Source: an uncultured Pseudobdellovibrionaceae bacterium (lineage in GTDB: Bacteria; Patescibacteriota; Minisyncoccia; Moranbacterales; GCA-2747515). Taken from it: 64,000 nucleotides of DNA. The DNA lies in contig CAYXCH010000021.1 in NCBI GenBank assembly GCA_964463705.1, positions 1,162 through 65,161 on the forward strand, read 5' to 3'. The notes under the pieces are model-generated. The model saw only the letters and a list, made by a program, of their open reading frames with translations. It had not been told where the DNA came from and searched no databases. This document shows positions 7,826 through 18,085 of this stretch, piece after piece. How positions within the stretch are numbered: the first letter of the stretch is position 1; each line of letters opens with the position of its first letter. The translations under genes were made by a program, and so were the position numbers.

Positions 7826-8908
7826 TTACACAATACGAGTAACGATATAATCGGATAGCGCTGACAATCGCGCTCGTGTTTCAGAGTTAAACGGCAATCG
7901 AGCAATGGCCTCCAAACTTTCTTGGACACAGGTACGTGCATACGCCTCCGCCGCCGCTCGGGCACCGGTATCGGTAATCACTTGACAAAATGTCGCGATT
8001 TCTTCCGGTGTAAGATGATCTGTTCCGCGTAAGGCGTTTATGGTGGCACGTTGGTGATCGGTTGCCCGTTCCAATGCCGTTGCCAATAAAAATGTCATCT
8101 TCCCTTCCGAAATATCAGAGCCAACCGGTTTACCGATTTGCTCCTGTGTTCCGAACAGTCCGATAATATCATCCCGAATCTGAAACGCCGTTCCCAGCGG
8201 AAGGGCAACATCCATGATGGCGCGGTATACTTCCGGATCATCTCCGCGAGCCAAAACAGATCCCAGAATTAACGGTGTGGCAATCGTATAGTGAGCAGTT
8301 TTCTGACGATACATGCGCAATACGTCTGAAGGAGATACGGTGGGCGCTACCGCAAATCGCATATCCGAAGACTGCCCAACCGCAGTTTGTACGATTGTTT
8401 CTTGCATATATCGAAGGGCGGAAATAATTCGTTCGGGGTCACCCGGAGCCGTGAACAATGCGGCACTACCCAGTGCATTAACCATATCGCCAATAATCAG
8501 CGCAATACTCTCCCCCATATGTTGCGCTATTTCGGGAAGATGTGGCTGCAGGCGATCGCGATAGTATGTATGGATCGTCGGAACACCGTGTCGCTGGTCG
8601 TCGCGATCCATGATATCGTCGTGAATGAGCAAGTAAAGATGTATCAATTCAATATAAATACCGGCGCGTGTAATTAGTTCATCATGTGGTGATTTCCCCC
8701 CGCTTCCCACATAACTCCATGCCGCCAACGCCGGACGCAACCGCTTTCCCCCGCCGCATAAAATATTTTTTGCATGGTGGAGTGCGTGAGCCGTTTCTGT
8801 ATCGCTCTGCTTTACATTTTCAATTTGCTCATCCATGTACTGCGCCAACGGCTTATCAAAACGCTCCTTAAACGCCCGCAACTCAGCACGAATATCCGGT
8901 GTTGTCAT
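7826..8908 (-). CDS. Polyprenyl (GGPP/FPP) synthase
   Basis: GGKRLRP, LIHDDIMD and FQIRDD aspartate-rich motifs; start placed at MTTPDIR. Confidence 0.92.
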   Translation of the reverse strand: MTTPDIRAELRAFKERFDKPLAQYMDEQIENVKQSDTETAHALHHAKNILCGGGKRLRPALAAWSYVGSGGKSPHDELITRAGIYIELIHLYLLIHDDIMDRDDQRHGVPTIHTYYRDRLQPHLPEIAQHMGESIALIIGDMVNALGSAALFTAPGDPERIISALRYMQETIVQTAVGQSSDMRFAVAPTVSPSDVLRMYRQKTAHYTIATPLILGSVLARGDDPEVYRAIMDVALPLGTAFQIRDDIIGLFGTQEQIGKPVGSDISEGKMTFLLATALERATDHQRATINALRGTDHLTPEEIATFCQVITDTGARAAAEAYARTCVQESLEAIARLPFNSETRARLSALSDYIVTRIV

Positions 8909-8918
8909 ATAGGTACGA

Positions 8919-11231
8919 TTAAGATATCTTATCGGTATCGGCGCTGTCCGCATTGCGTTGCGCTTCATCCAGTGCAACACTCAGTAGCCGAGAAATTCCG
9001 TCGCGGTTCATTGTAACACCGTATAACAGTGATGCATGGCGCATGGTTTCGCGATTGTGTGTAATAACAAGAAACTGCGTTTGCTGTGACAGACGATCTA
9101 AAATTGTACCAAATCGTCGGGCATTTGCTTCATCTAGCGCCGCTTCCACCTCGTCCAGCACTACAAATGGCGGTGGATTATGCGCAATAACGGCAAACAG
9201 TAGCGACAATGATACCAGCGATCGCTCTCCACCGGATAACTGAGAAAGATCGGAAATTTTCTTTCCCGGAGGCGTTGCACTAATTGTAATACCAATCATT
9301 TCTCCATCCGAATGTTCTTTTGATGTGCTGCCATCTCCCTCTGTTTCAGACACATCATCCGTTTTCTCCGTCGGTGGCGTAATCCGTGTACGGTGCAATT
9401 TTGCCACACCACCACCAAACATCATGCGGAAATAGCGTGTAAATTCTTTGCTGATGAATCCGTATGCCTCCGCAAACGCCGCATCAATTTGCGCATCCAG
9501 CTCTGCAATAACGGCGCGTGTATCACGAATTGCCGTGTATAAATCATCATGTTGAGAACGGAGGAATTCATAGCGCTCTTTTGTTTCCTCATATTCTTTA
9601 ATGACCAGCGGATCCACCGCACCGGCGCGCTCATGTTCTCGTCGCAATCGTGCAACACGACGTTCTAACGCTTCCATATCATCCACGGTATCAATTGAGG
9701 TATCCTTCAATAACTCTTCCGGCGTTGTTCCCAATTCCGTTTGTATCGCCGTCCGCAAATCTTCCTCGCGAACATCATTTTTTGCGCATTGAATATTGAT
9801 TTCATTGTATGCGGTGCGCGCGGCATCCAGTACCCGTTCTTTCTCTCGCAATACACGCTCTTTAGCAAAGAATTCCGCGCGTCGCTTCCGCTCCTCACTG
9901 GCGGCGGTGGCGGCGGCCTGTTCGGCATCGGCAATCGTTTTCATGCATCGGGCAATGTCCGCATCCAATGCCTCTCGTTGTTTCCGCAATGGTGAGATTG
10001 CGCGTTCTTGCTCCGCTCGAATACGTTCTTTTTCCGCGCTAACGTCTACATCTACGCTTCCGCGAATTACAGCCTCTCGCAAAGCGGATAATGCCGTTCG
10101 CAATGTAGACAACGCCGCTCGCACTGTGGAAATATCCGCATCATCGGAAACGGTAATGCGTTCCAACAGCTGTGTTAATTCGGCACGAACATATTGGGTA
10201 TCTACGGGAATTCGTTCTTTTAGTGCGGCAATATCACGCTCAGCGCGCTCAATATGCAGAGTAATTGTTGCATCAATCTTCGCTCGTTTTGCTCGGTAAG
10301 TGTCCAGCGTTTCTCGCGCTTCCCGTAGCTGTCGAGCAATTGTGTCATCTCCACTTGCCTCTGTTTCCAGCTCCGCCGCATACGCGCTCAGTTCTTTTGA
10401 TAGTGCGTCTACTTCCGCCTGTGCGGCGTCGCACGCGGCACGACGAGCGCGCTGTTCTTCACGCAATGTTCGCTGTTGCTCAAAAAATGTTGTTGCCGTA
10501 TGAAAAAACAATGTTCGTTGCGCTGTCTGCAACTCTTCCGCAATCTCTCGCGCTCGTTCCGCTCGTCGGGCTTGTCGTTTAAGAGATGCCAGATGTGGTT
10601 CGATTTCTTGCAGCAGTGTTGTCACGCGCTCCATGTTTGTTTCTGCTCGTCGCAGAGAAGATTGCGCCCGCGCCTTTTTAATCTGAAACGGTTTTACTCC
10701 CGCAGCGTCTTCAATAATTGCTCGTCGTTCTAAGGGTGTTGCCGTTAGCATTGCATCCGTCATGCCCTGAGTAATGATACTGTAACTTCCCTTTCCCAAT
10801 CCGGCATGAGCAAGTAAATCGGTAACGTCCATACGACGCACGCGCGCACCGTTGATGGTGTACTCGCTTCGTCCGTCACGGTAAACGGTACGTGTCAGTA
10901 CCACGTCACGGTATTCTGTTCCGAGCGTTCCGTCGCTGTTATCAAAATGAAGAGATACGCGACCGCTTCCGCTGCGACGCTGTGTATCACTTCCGGCAAA
11001 AATCACTCCATCACCGCTTTTGGAGCGAAGGCTTTTCATGGACTGCTCCCCCATCACCCACCGTACCGCATCCGCAATATTGGATTTTCCACTTCCATTC
11101 GGCCCGACGATTGCCGTTATTCCATATCGGACCGAACCGTCATCAGCATGAGTCATCGCTGCAGAAACGTCCAACACCGTCTCTTGTGCAAATGACTTAA
11201 ATCCGTGTAATGTAATCTTTGTGAGAAACAT
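8919..11231 (-). CDS. smc: Short SMC-family chromosome segregation ATPase (770 aa)
   Basis: GFKSF, Walker A GPNGSGKS, signature LSGGE, Walker B VVLDEVEAALD, coiled coils; follows rnc. Confidence 0.9.
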   Translation of the reverse strand: MFLTKITLHGFKSFAQETVLDVSAAMTHADDGSVRYGITAIVGPNGSGKSNIADAVRWVMGEQSMKSLRSKSGDGVIFAGSDTQRRSGSGRVSLHFDNSDGTLGTEYRDVVLTRTVYRDGRSEYTINGARVRRMDVTDLLAHAGLGKGSYSIITQGMTDAMLTATPLERRAIIEDAAGVKPFQIKKARAQSSLRRAETNMERVTTLLQEIEPHLASLKRQARRAERAREIAEELQTAQRTLFFHTATTFFEQQRTLREEQRARRAACDAAQAEVDALSKELSAYAAELETEASGDDTIARQLREARETLDTYRAKRAKIDATITLHIERAERDIAALKERIPVDTQYVRAELTQLLERITVSDDADISTVRAALSTLRTALSALREAVIRGSVDVDVSAEKERIRAEQERAISPLRKQREALDADIARCMKTIADAEQAAATAASEERKRRAEFFAKERVLREKERVLDAARTAYNEINIQCAKNDVREEDLRTAIQTELGTTPEELLKDTSIDTVDDMEALERRVARLRREHERAGAVDPLVIKEYEETKERYEFLRSQHDDLYTAIRDTRAVIAELDAQIDAAFAEAYGFISKEFTRYFRMMFGGGVAKLHRTRITPPTEKTDDVSETEGDGSTSKEHSDGEMIGITISATPPGKKISDLSQLSGGERSLVSLSLLFAVIAHNPPPFVVLDEVEAALDEANARRFGTILDRLSQQTQFLVITHNRETMRHASLLYGVTMNRDGISRLLSVALDEAQRNADSADTDKIS

Positions 11232-11927
11232 TTATTCCCATCCTAAGTGTTCTCGCGCCGCTTGTGCCGCCGCTCGTTGCGCATCCTGTTTTGAGCGACC
11301 GACGCCATGTGTAATCAATTCATCTCCAATATATACGCCGGCGACAAACTCACGATCGTGATCCGGACCACGCTCTTCCAAGATTTCATAGTGTGGCGTA
11401 ATACCGCGATGACGTTGTGCCAACTCCTGAAAGTAGCTTTTGGGATCGCGATAGAGCTTTTTGTTTAGGATTTCGTCCAAGTGAATTAAAATTGTTCGTG
11501 TAATAAATCGTTTCGCCGCATCATACCCTTGATCCAAATGAATCGCACCGATAATCGCTTCCACGGTATTTGCCAGAATGTGGTGTCGGGCACGCATGTT
11601 TTCACCTCGCGCCTCACCGCGACCCATGCGCAAGTAGCGTGTAATTCCCAAATCTGTCGCCACTCGTGCCAACATATCGGTATTGACAAGCGCTGCTCGC
11701 CATGCCGTTAATTCACCTTCCGGGTTATCATAATTGGCAAATAAATGTTCCGTCACTACCAGTTCCAATACGGCGTCACCCAAAAATTCCAGCCGCTCAT
11801 TGTGTCCTCCGGTATAGTTACGATGTTCATTAATATATGAACGGTGTGTCAGTGCTTGTTCCAAATACTTAGGGTTGGAAAATGTTATTCCCAGAGCGCG
11901 CGCACATGCATTGTGTGTTGTTTCCAT
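11232..11927 (-). CDS. rnc: Ribonuclease III
   Basis: NERLEFLGDAVL signature plus C-terminal dsRBD. Confidence 0.97.
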   Translation of the reverse strand: METTHNACARALGITFSNPKYLEQALTHRSYINEHRNYTGGHNERLEFLGDAVLELVVTEHLFANYDNPEGELTAWRAALVNTDMLARVATDLGITRYLRMGRGEARGENMRARHHILANTVEAIIGAIHLDQGYDAAKRFITRTILIHLDEILNKKLYRDPKSYFQELAQRHRGITPHYEILEERGPDHDREFVAGVYIGDELITHGVGRSKQDAQRAAAQAAREHLGWE

Positions 11928-11930
11928 AGT

Positions 11931-12449
11931 CTATCCGTTATCTGAATGTTCAACATCCGGTGTTGTTTCCTGTTGCGCCCACGCCGCTCGTCGTGCCCGC
12001 CCCTTCTGTGTCGTATCATCTTTCATCGGCTCTCCCATTTCGCGATAAATTGTTCCCAATACTCCGTTAACGAATCGGGGTGATGCATCGCTTCCAAACG
12101 TCTTTGCCATCTCAATCGCTTCGTTAATGGCAACTTTCGGCGGAACGGCGGCGTAATCTCCATAGACCAATTCATAAATTCCTATGCGCAGAATATTACG
12201 ATCAACACTGGCGATTTGCGGTAGCGGCCATTCCGGCGCGCACTGTTGAATTAACGCATCAATCGCTTCTTGATGTGTCAGTACTCCTTCCACAAGTTCT
12301 ACGGTAAATGACGCATCGTCCGCACCGGGAGCGAACTCCTCCACATTATGCGCAATATAGTCGCTAATATTGTCATTGTGCTGTCCGTTAAAATCCCATT
12401 CATACAGGGATTGCATCGCAATACTGCGTTGAAGATGTCTGTTTGCCAT
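11931..12449 (-). CDS. nusB: Transcription antitermination factor NusB
   Basis: [26 protein letters not shown]; start at MANRHLQR. Confidence 0.95.
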   Translation of the reverse strand: MANRHLQRSIAMQSLYEWDFNGQHNDNISDYIAHNVEEFAPGADDASFTVELVEGVLTHQEAIDALIQQCAPEWPLPQIASVDRNILRIGIYELVYGDYAAVPPKVAINEAIEMAKTFGSDASPRFVNGVLGTIYREMGEPMKDDTTQKGRARRAAWAQQETTPDVEHSDNG

Positions 12450-12508
12450 CGGTGTATTTCTGTTTATGTACTTCGCAAAAACCACCGCCACAGCGGTGGT
12501 CATCGGAC

Positions 12509-12691
12509 TTACGCATCTGCATCCGTTTTTGCAAACACGTCACTGTAATCACGGCCCTTATAAACGGGGTTATCCGCGCTAATACGATGTCCTTGTGCTC
12601 CGTTACCGGAGAGGTTTTTGAGTGTAATCGCGTACTGTCCGCGACGATTGCGTCGCGCCGTTTTCCCGCGACGTTGCTTTGGTACGGTCAT
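12509..12691 (-). CDS. rpmF: 50S ribosomal protein L32 (Cys-free variant)
   Basis: [17 protein letters not shown]...HRI...YKGR. Confidence 0.9.
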   Translation of the reverse strand: MTVPKQRRGKTARRNRRGQYAITLKNLSGNGAQGHRISADNPVYKGRDYSDVFAKTDADA

Positions 12692-12751
12692 GATAATACG
12701 GTTATAATCTGTCACAATACAGAAACACGGGACGCGCCCGATCTCCCCTCC

Positions 12752-12780
12752 ACGATAGCATGCAACGATACTTTTGGCAA
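12752..12780 (-). promoter_or_regulatory. Promoter of rpmF-nusB-rnc-smc
   Basis: TTGCCA, 17 nt, TATCGT preceded by TGn. Confidence 0.5.
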
Positions 12781-12812
12781 GAGGAGGAGTGTGTGGTGAG
12801 TAAACGATAAAA

Positions 12813-13937
12813 CTATGTCATCTCCAATAATCCGTGAGCGATGCGCGCCGCCGCATGTGGATGGTAGAACCGCTCAATACGCGCTCCCATTGCAGTACGA
12901 AGCGCAACATCATTAAGCAACTCCTCTATTGTTTCAGAGAGCATATCGGGTCCAATATTTCCTTCTTCCAATACAACGGCTCCACCAACTTCCGCAACGG
13001 CAAAGGCATTCATGTATTGATGATTATTTGCACTGTTACGTAATGGAACAAGAATTGCCGCCGTAGAATGTGCGGCAATTTCAGCAATGGCACTTGCTCC
13101 GGCGCGAGAGATAACAAGTGTTGCCGCCGCCAGCGCATCTCCCATCTCTTCTTCTGAAAGAAAATCCACCGCCGTATATCCATCTCGTCCGGCCTTAATA
13201 CCATGTCGCGCAACGGCATGAGTAACATATTCACGATGAGTCGGGCCGGTCTGATGTAGAATTTGTGTGTGCTTGATGAGTTTTGGAGCGGCATCAATAA
13301 TTGCAATATTTAGTGCCTGCGCTCCTTGAGATCCGCCAATGACTACTACCAGCGGTTTTTCCGGAGACAGATGATGGCGCGCATAGGCTCGCTCCGCATT
13401 ACCATGTGCAACAGCGCGTCGAACCGGAATACCGGTCAATGCCACTTTGCGTTCACGGAAAAATTGCTTTGCTCGTGGATATGTAATCGCAATACGTCGC
13501 GCCAATTTACCCAGAATACGATTCGCCACCCCGGGGATTGCATCCGATTCATGTACCATAATCGGGATACGATATATCCATGCCGCAATCACTACCGGAA
13601 CCGCTCCATATCCTCCTTTGGCAAATACAACATCCGGCATGTAAACCAATACATGGTATAGGGATTGCAGTATTCCCCAAATGGTGCGAAACGGATCTAT
13701 GATGTTTTGCCATGAAGCATATCGGCGAACTTTTCCGGCGCTGACAAAGGTTGTTTTAATATTCTCTGCGGAAAATGCTTCTCGCTCTCGCTCTTCCAAT
13801 GGCCCGTGCGGTCCAATGTATTGAATGATTGTTTCCGCATCTCCGTGTTGTTTTCGTAAAGCGCGAGCAACGGCAATCAGCGGATATGTATGTCCGCCTG
13901 TCCCGCCACCGGTTAAAAGAATGTGTTTTGTTGCCAT
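12813..13937 (-). CDS. murG: MurG undecaprenyl-PP-MurNAc-pentapeptide GlcNAc transferase
   Basis: GGGTGGH, KGGYGAVP, HESDAIPG, GGSQGA, SRAGA, HQYMNA. Confidence 0.96.
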   Translation of the reverse strand: MATKHILLTGGGTGGHTYPLIAVARALRKQHGDAETIIQYIGPHGPLEEREREAFSAENIKTTFVSAGKVRRYASWQNIIDPFRTIWGILQSLYHVLVYMPDVVFAKGGYGAVPVVIAAWIYRIPIMVHESDAIPGVANRILGKLARRIAITYPRAKQFFRERKVALTGIPVRRAVAHGNAERAYARHHLSPEKPLVVVIGGSQGAQALNIAIIDAAPKLIKHTQILHQTGPTHREYVTHAVARHGIKAGRDGYTAVDFLSEEEMGDALAAATLVISRAGASAIAEIAAHSTAAILVPLRNSANNHQYMNAFAVAEVGGAVVLEEGNIGPDMLSETIEELLNDVALRTAMGARIERFYHPHAAARIAHGLLEMT

Positions 13938-13973
13938 ACAAAATACGTTTGTACTGTTTAGTATAGCACACAC

Positions 13974-15074
13974 TTATCGTGTGCGTCGGGTGGTAGATCC
14001 GATATTCAATAATACCCCGATACCGCATAGTGTCACCACCAATGCCGTGGACCCATAACTGATAAGCGGCAAAGGAATTCCGGTCAACGGCATCAGTGCC
14101 GTAACGGCGGCAATGTTAAAGAATGCCTGTGTCAAAATCCACGTTGTAATACCAACCGCCACCAATCGTCCAAAGGTATCCGCCGCCGTCCGGGCAATGC
14201 GGTATCCGCAGTACGCAAATAACGCAAACAATAGCAGTAATATTGTCGCACCAATAAAGCCCCACTCTTCCGCAATAACCGCAAAAATGGAATCTCCCAC
14301 CGGCTCAGGAAGATAGTTAAATTTTTGCAACCCGTGTCCGAACCCGCGTCCGAACACACCGCCGGCACCGATGGCAATTAATCCTTGTAATACCTGATAC
14401 CCCGTGCCGGTCGGATCACTATATGGATCTAAAAATGTTGTCAACCGTTGCAGACGATAGGGCGCACTGGCAATGAGTGCCGCAACTCCCGCCGCCGCCG
14501 CCACAATACCGCCTATAATATACAGCAATCCCCCACCGGCGGTGAAAAACAGCGTTCCCGCAATAATAACCATCACACCCAGTGTTCCCATGTCCGGTTG
14601 TGCAAGAATAAGAAAGCCGATCCCTCCCATAATAACGATCAATGGCAATAGTGTTTCATAGAGATCATTCATTGTTTTCTGTCGTGATGCGAAAAACGCC
14701 GATAGATAGAAAATCAATGCCAATTTCATTATCTCCGAAGGCTGAATGGTTACCGGCCCCAATGCCAACCATCGCTTTGCGCCATACACCTCTTGACTGA
14801 CCCCGGGAATAAGCAACACAATTAACAACGCCGTTGCCAGTAACAGTATCGGCACAGCAAACCGTTCATATATGTGGTAATCAATCCGACGGACCACCAA
14901 TAGTGCGCCAATTCCGATTACCACACCGATGGATTGTCGCAGGACAAAAAACCACGTGCTACCGAATCGTGTTTCACTATACAATGCTCCGGCACTGGCA
15001 ATCATCAACAGACCGAACAACACCAGAGTGATTGTTAGTACCAATAGAACACGTTGTGGATTGAATGATGTCAT
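13974..15074 (-). CDS. ftsW: SEDS peptidoglycan polymerase FtsW
   Basis: GAKRWL, QPSEIMK, QPDMG, LPEPVGDSIF, PLTGIPLPLISYG. Confidence 0.93.
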   Translation of the reverse strand: MTSFNPQRVLLVLTITLVLFGLLMIASAGALYSETRFGSTWFFVLRQSIGVVIGIGALLVVRRIDYHIYERFAVPILLLATALLIVLLIPGVSQEVYGAKRWLALGPVTIQPSEIMKLALIFYLSAFFASRQKTMNDLYETLLPLIVIMGGIGFLILAQPDMGTLGVMVIIAGTLFFTAGGGLLYIIGGIVAAAAGVAALIASAPYRLQRLTTFLDPYSDPTGTGYQVLQGLIAIGAGGVFGRGFGHGLQKFNYLPEPVGDSIFAVIAEEWGFIGATILLLLFALFAYCGYRIARTAADTFGRLVAVGITTWILTQAFFNIAAVTALMPLTGIPLPLISYGSTALVVTLCGIGVLLNIGSTTRRTR

Positions 15075-15736
15075 CGTGAAGGTGTTTGAGGAGTACTGTG
15101 TTCTTCTCGCCACCGAGCAATCGCCGCATGATCGCCGCTACGCAGAACGTCCGGTACCGTCCATCCGTTATATTCCGCCGGTGCCGTATAGTGCGGATGT
15201 TCCGCAAATGTTGTTTTGCTATGAGATTCTTGTTCCGCGCTTTGCGCATTACCCAGTACACCGGGAAGCAGGCGCACAATACTGTCTACAATCACCAGCG
15301 CGCCCAATTCTCCACCGGTTAAAACATAATCACCAATGCGTAGTTCTTCATCGGCAATATGTTCCGCCACTCGCTCATCAATCCCCTCATACCGCCCGCA
15401 CAACAGAATAATTTGATCATACTGTGCCAAGCGATGAGCATCATTCTGCGTAAATGCACGCCCTTTTGCCGATAGCACAATTGTGCGAACGGATGCGTGA
15501 CGGTTCCGAATGGCGCGAACGGCACGATCAAATGGCTCCACCTTCAACACCATGCCCGCTCCACCGCCATAAGGAGTATCATCTACCGTACGGTGAGTAT
15601 CCGTTGTGTAGTCACGAAGATCGTGAGCTGTGATGCGCACGTGATTGTTTCGCTGCGCTCGTCCCAGAATGGACGCGGTGGTATACGGCGTGATTGCATC
15701 GGGAAAAATTGTGATAATGTCGTAGCGCTTCTTCAT
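15071..15736 (-). CDS. trmD: tRNA (guanine37-N1)-methyltransferase
   Basis: VDDTPYGGGAGM, CGRYEGIDERV, IGDYVLTGGE; ATGA overlaps at both ends. Confidence 0.97.
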   Translation of the reverse strand: MKKRYDIITIFPDAITPYTTASILGRAQRNNHVRITAHDLRDYTTDTHRTVDDTPYGGGAGMVLKVEPFDRAVRAIRNRHASVRTIVLSAKGRAFTQNDAHRLAQYDQIILLCGRYEGIDERVAEHIADEELRIGDYVLTGGELGALVIVDSIVRLLPGVLGNAQSAEQESHSKTTFAEHPHYTAPAEYNGWTVPDVLRSGDHAAIARWREEHSTPQTPSR

Positions 15737-17289
15737 AGGTGTTGATGAAAACGAGTGGGAACAATTGCCACCGCAACGCCAAGTAATACCCATGGAAAGG
15801 CCAGAAAAATTCCGGCATTGAAGAGGTTGCCGATAAATACTGCGATAAGAGCAGCGTTCATCGGTATAGCATATGAGCGCCGTTTTCGAACATGTCGCAC
15901 AGTGCGCGCAATCGCACTCATTGCCCATCCCCATAATACACCAATCCCCACTGCTCCAAGAATACCACCGCCGATTAACGCTTCGATAAAAAGATTGCTG
16001 CTGTTCAGTGTTGTACCGCGGGCGTCCCGTCCAAGATCTATTCCTCCAAAGCCCCAACCGAGCATACTCCGGATTGGATCACTGCGCAGCGTATCGGCAA
16101 CGGTATGATAAATTTCTTGCCGTGTGCCGATGGAAGGATCGTTGCGGCGAACCGTGTGAATTATCATGCCCTGCGCACGGAGCGAATCACGATCTTGTAA
16201 GCGAATGTGTCGGCATCCGGTAGATGCCAATTCTTCCACAGTGGCGATATGAGATGGAAGCGTTTTCGCCGCGTCCGGCGTATCACAGGCAACGGTAATG
16301 GTTTGCGTTCCATCCGTTAAACTGCGGACACGATCCGATAGAGAGAAGTCACTCAACATCACTCCCGCCGCTACCGCCACAATCAGTGCCGTGACCGGCA
16401 ATTGCCAGAGTTCTCGCCATTGTGTTCTGTCACCATATCGGTAGTGAAGGTATATCCCGACCACCAGTGCCGTTCCGGCTGCCAACCACGCGCTTCGTGT
16501 TACGGAAAGAATCAACGCCGTCATTGAAAGAGTGAGCACTACTGCCATCACTCTGCGAATATTGCGTCGTCGCTTAACCATCAATGCCGCCAGTGCGAGC
16601 GCCACAATTGTCGCCGCGTATAATCCCAGCCAATTAGGCTCCGGAAATGTTCCGTGAGCACGTGCGTCCATGAGTGTTGCACCGCTAACCACTTGACCGA
16701 TGGCAATAATCATAACAACCACAGCGCCGGAGAGTACCGCCTGCAAGGCTTCACGAACATCTCTTGCTTTGTGAACATATATTCGCGCTAACGTATACCA
16801 CAGCGCCGATGATACTACCGCATCCACCGCCTCCGGACGATGACTGACTACTGCGGCAAGGATACTTCCCGTCACCCATAGGATGACGGCCATATCCGGA
16901 AGACGAAGATGTTGCCATCGCAGCCGATGCCCGTGTCGGATAATCGTTGCAAAGAATAGTGCCGCTCCGATAACCTGATACGGACGAACTGATATTTCTA
17001 TTGGCGACAACACCGCAAATACCGTCAATTCCATCGGAAGCAATGCAATAAAAATCCTCCAGAGTGTGCGCGGCCAAGAGAGTGCCGCCGCCATGCTAAG
17101 CACCGATACAAAAATCATTGTGGGGAGCGACACCGGCGCTACTCCCCGCTCCGCACTCAATGCTATCCAAACAGCATACAGTACCGCTACAGAAAATGCG
17201 GCACTGAGCGGAACCAGTGTTTTCGGTGATCGCAGGTATGTACTTCCATGTCGCACCCACCGACGAATACTGTAGCCGATAGAATTCAT
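15733..17289 (-). CDS. O-antigen ligase/Wzy-like membrane protein
   Basis: Multi-TM; RAHGTFPEPNWLG, TRSAWLA, GWGFGG motifs. Confidence 0.75.
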   Translation of the reverse strand: MNSIGYSIRRWVRHGSTYLRSPKTLVPLSAAFSVAVLYAVWIALSAERGVAPVSLPTMIFVSVLSMAAALSWPRTLWRIFIALLPMELTVFAVLSPIEISVRPYQVIGAALFFATIIRHGHRLRWQHLRLPDMAVILWVTGSILAAVVSHRPEAVDAVVSSALWYTLARIYVHKARDVREALQAVLSGAVVVMIIAIGQVVSGATLMDARAHGTFPEPNWLGLYAATIVALALAALMVKRRRNIRRVMAVVLTLSMTALILSVTRSAWLAAGTALVVGIYLHYRYGDRTQWRELWQLPVTALIVAVAAGVMLSDFSLSDRVRSLTDGTQTITVACDTPDAAKTLPSHIATVEELASTGCRHIRLQDRDSLRAQGMIIHTVRRNDPSIGTRQEIYHTVADTLRSDPIRSMLGWGFGGIDLGRDARGTTLNSSNLFIEALIGGGILGAVGIGVLWGWAMSAIARTVRHVRKRRSYAIPMNAALIAVFIGNLFNAGIFLAFPWVLLGVAVAIVPTRFHQHL

Positions 17290-17543
17290 GATGATGAACG
17301 ATTTCCAATGCGAATAATGCGTACCGGACATGCTGCCGCCGCCGCGTGGTTATCTTCCGTGCGAGAGGGCTCATCCTCCACTGAGGCTACCATAAACTCT
17401 TTTCCGTGCCACCGCGATCCGATGAGAATCGCCTTCCCGTCTTCACGGCTCATTCGCCACGTATGGGGCGCGATTTGCGCACACGACCCACAGCCGATAC
17501 AGTCGTTACGTTTATGACTAATGGTAAGTTTTCTCGTTCCCAT
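17286..17543 (-). CDS. Single-cluster ferredoxin
   Basis: CIGCGSC...AAAACP. Confidence 0.85.
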   Translation of the reverse strand: MGTRKLTISHKRNDCIGCGSCAQIAPHTWRMSREDGKAILIGSRWHGKEFMVASVEDEPSRTEDNHAAAAACPVRIIRIGNRSSS

Positions 17544-17545
17544 AA

Positions 17546-18085
17546 CTACTTCTCAAATAGTTCCATATCTCGCAGAAACGTTTCATATTGTGCCAGTGTT
17601 CGCTCCGCCTCCTCTCGTGTCAGCGTAAAATCTCGCTGTGAAACAATTGCCGCACAGACCTCATGAGCCTCCCGCAATTGGGCGGCACTATCAATCATTT
17701 GTCTCTCCAATAAGGATATTTTTTCCGCCATGGTCGGTTTTTTGTATCCGATTTTATCAAGAAGACGTTCAATCATCTGATCCGCTTCCAGTATGGCAAC
17801 CTTGTAATATTGGGGATCGGATTTTTTCAATCGTGACATAATGCGGCGCCACTTTCGCTTAACCTCAACATGTGTATGTACCTTTGCTCCCCGCTTACTC
17901 TTTCGCATCTCATCTCGTGCGTTAATGAGGAAAAGCAAAATAATAATTGACACGATAAGCACCGTAACATACACTGCGGCAAAAAATTTCAATACACTGA
18001 AAAACGGTGAGTGGAACAACCACACCCACCCATCACCAATACGATCTATTGCAGAGACAGATTGTTCGGTTTGTGTAAACGTCAT
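17546..18085 (-). CDS. Hypothetical membrane-anchored protein
   Basis: 179 aa, one TM, KVAILEAD motif; overlaps gatA stop. Confidence 0.7.
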   Translation of the reverse strand: MTFTQTEQSVSAIDRIGDGWVWLFHSPFFSVLKFFAAVYVTVLIVSIIILLFLINARDEMRKSKRGAKVHTHVEVKRKWRRIMSRLKKSDPQYYKVAILEADQMIERLLDKIGYKKPTMAEKISLLERQMIDSAAQLREAHEVCAAIVSQRDFTLTREEAERTLAQYETFLRDMELFEK

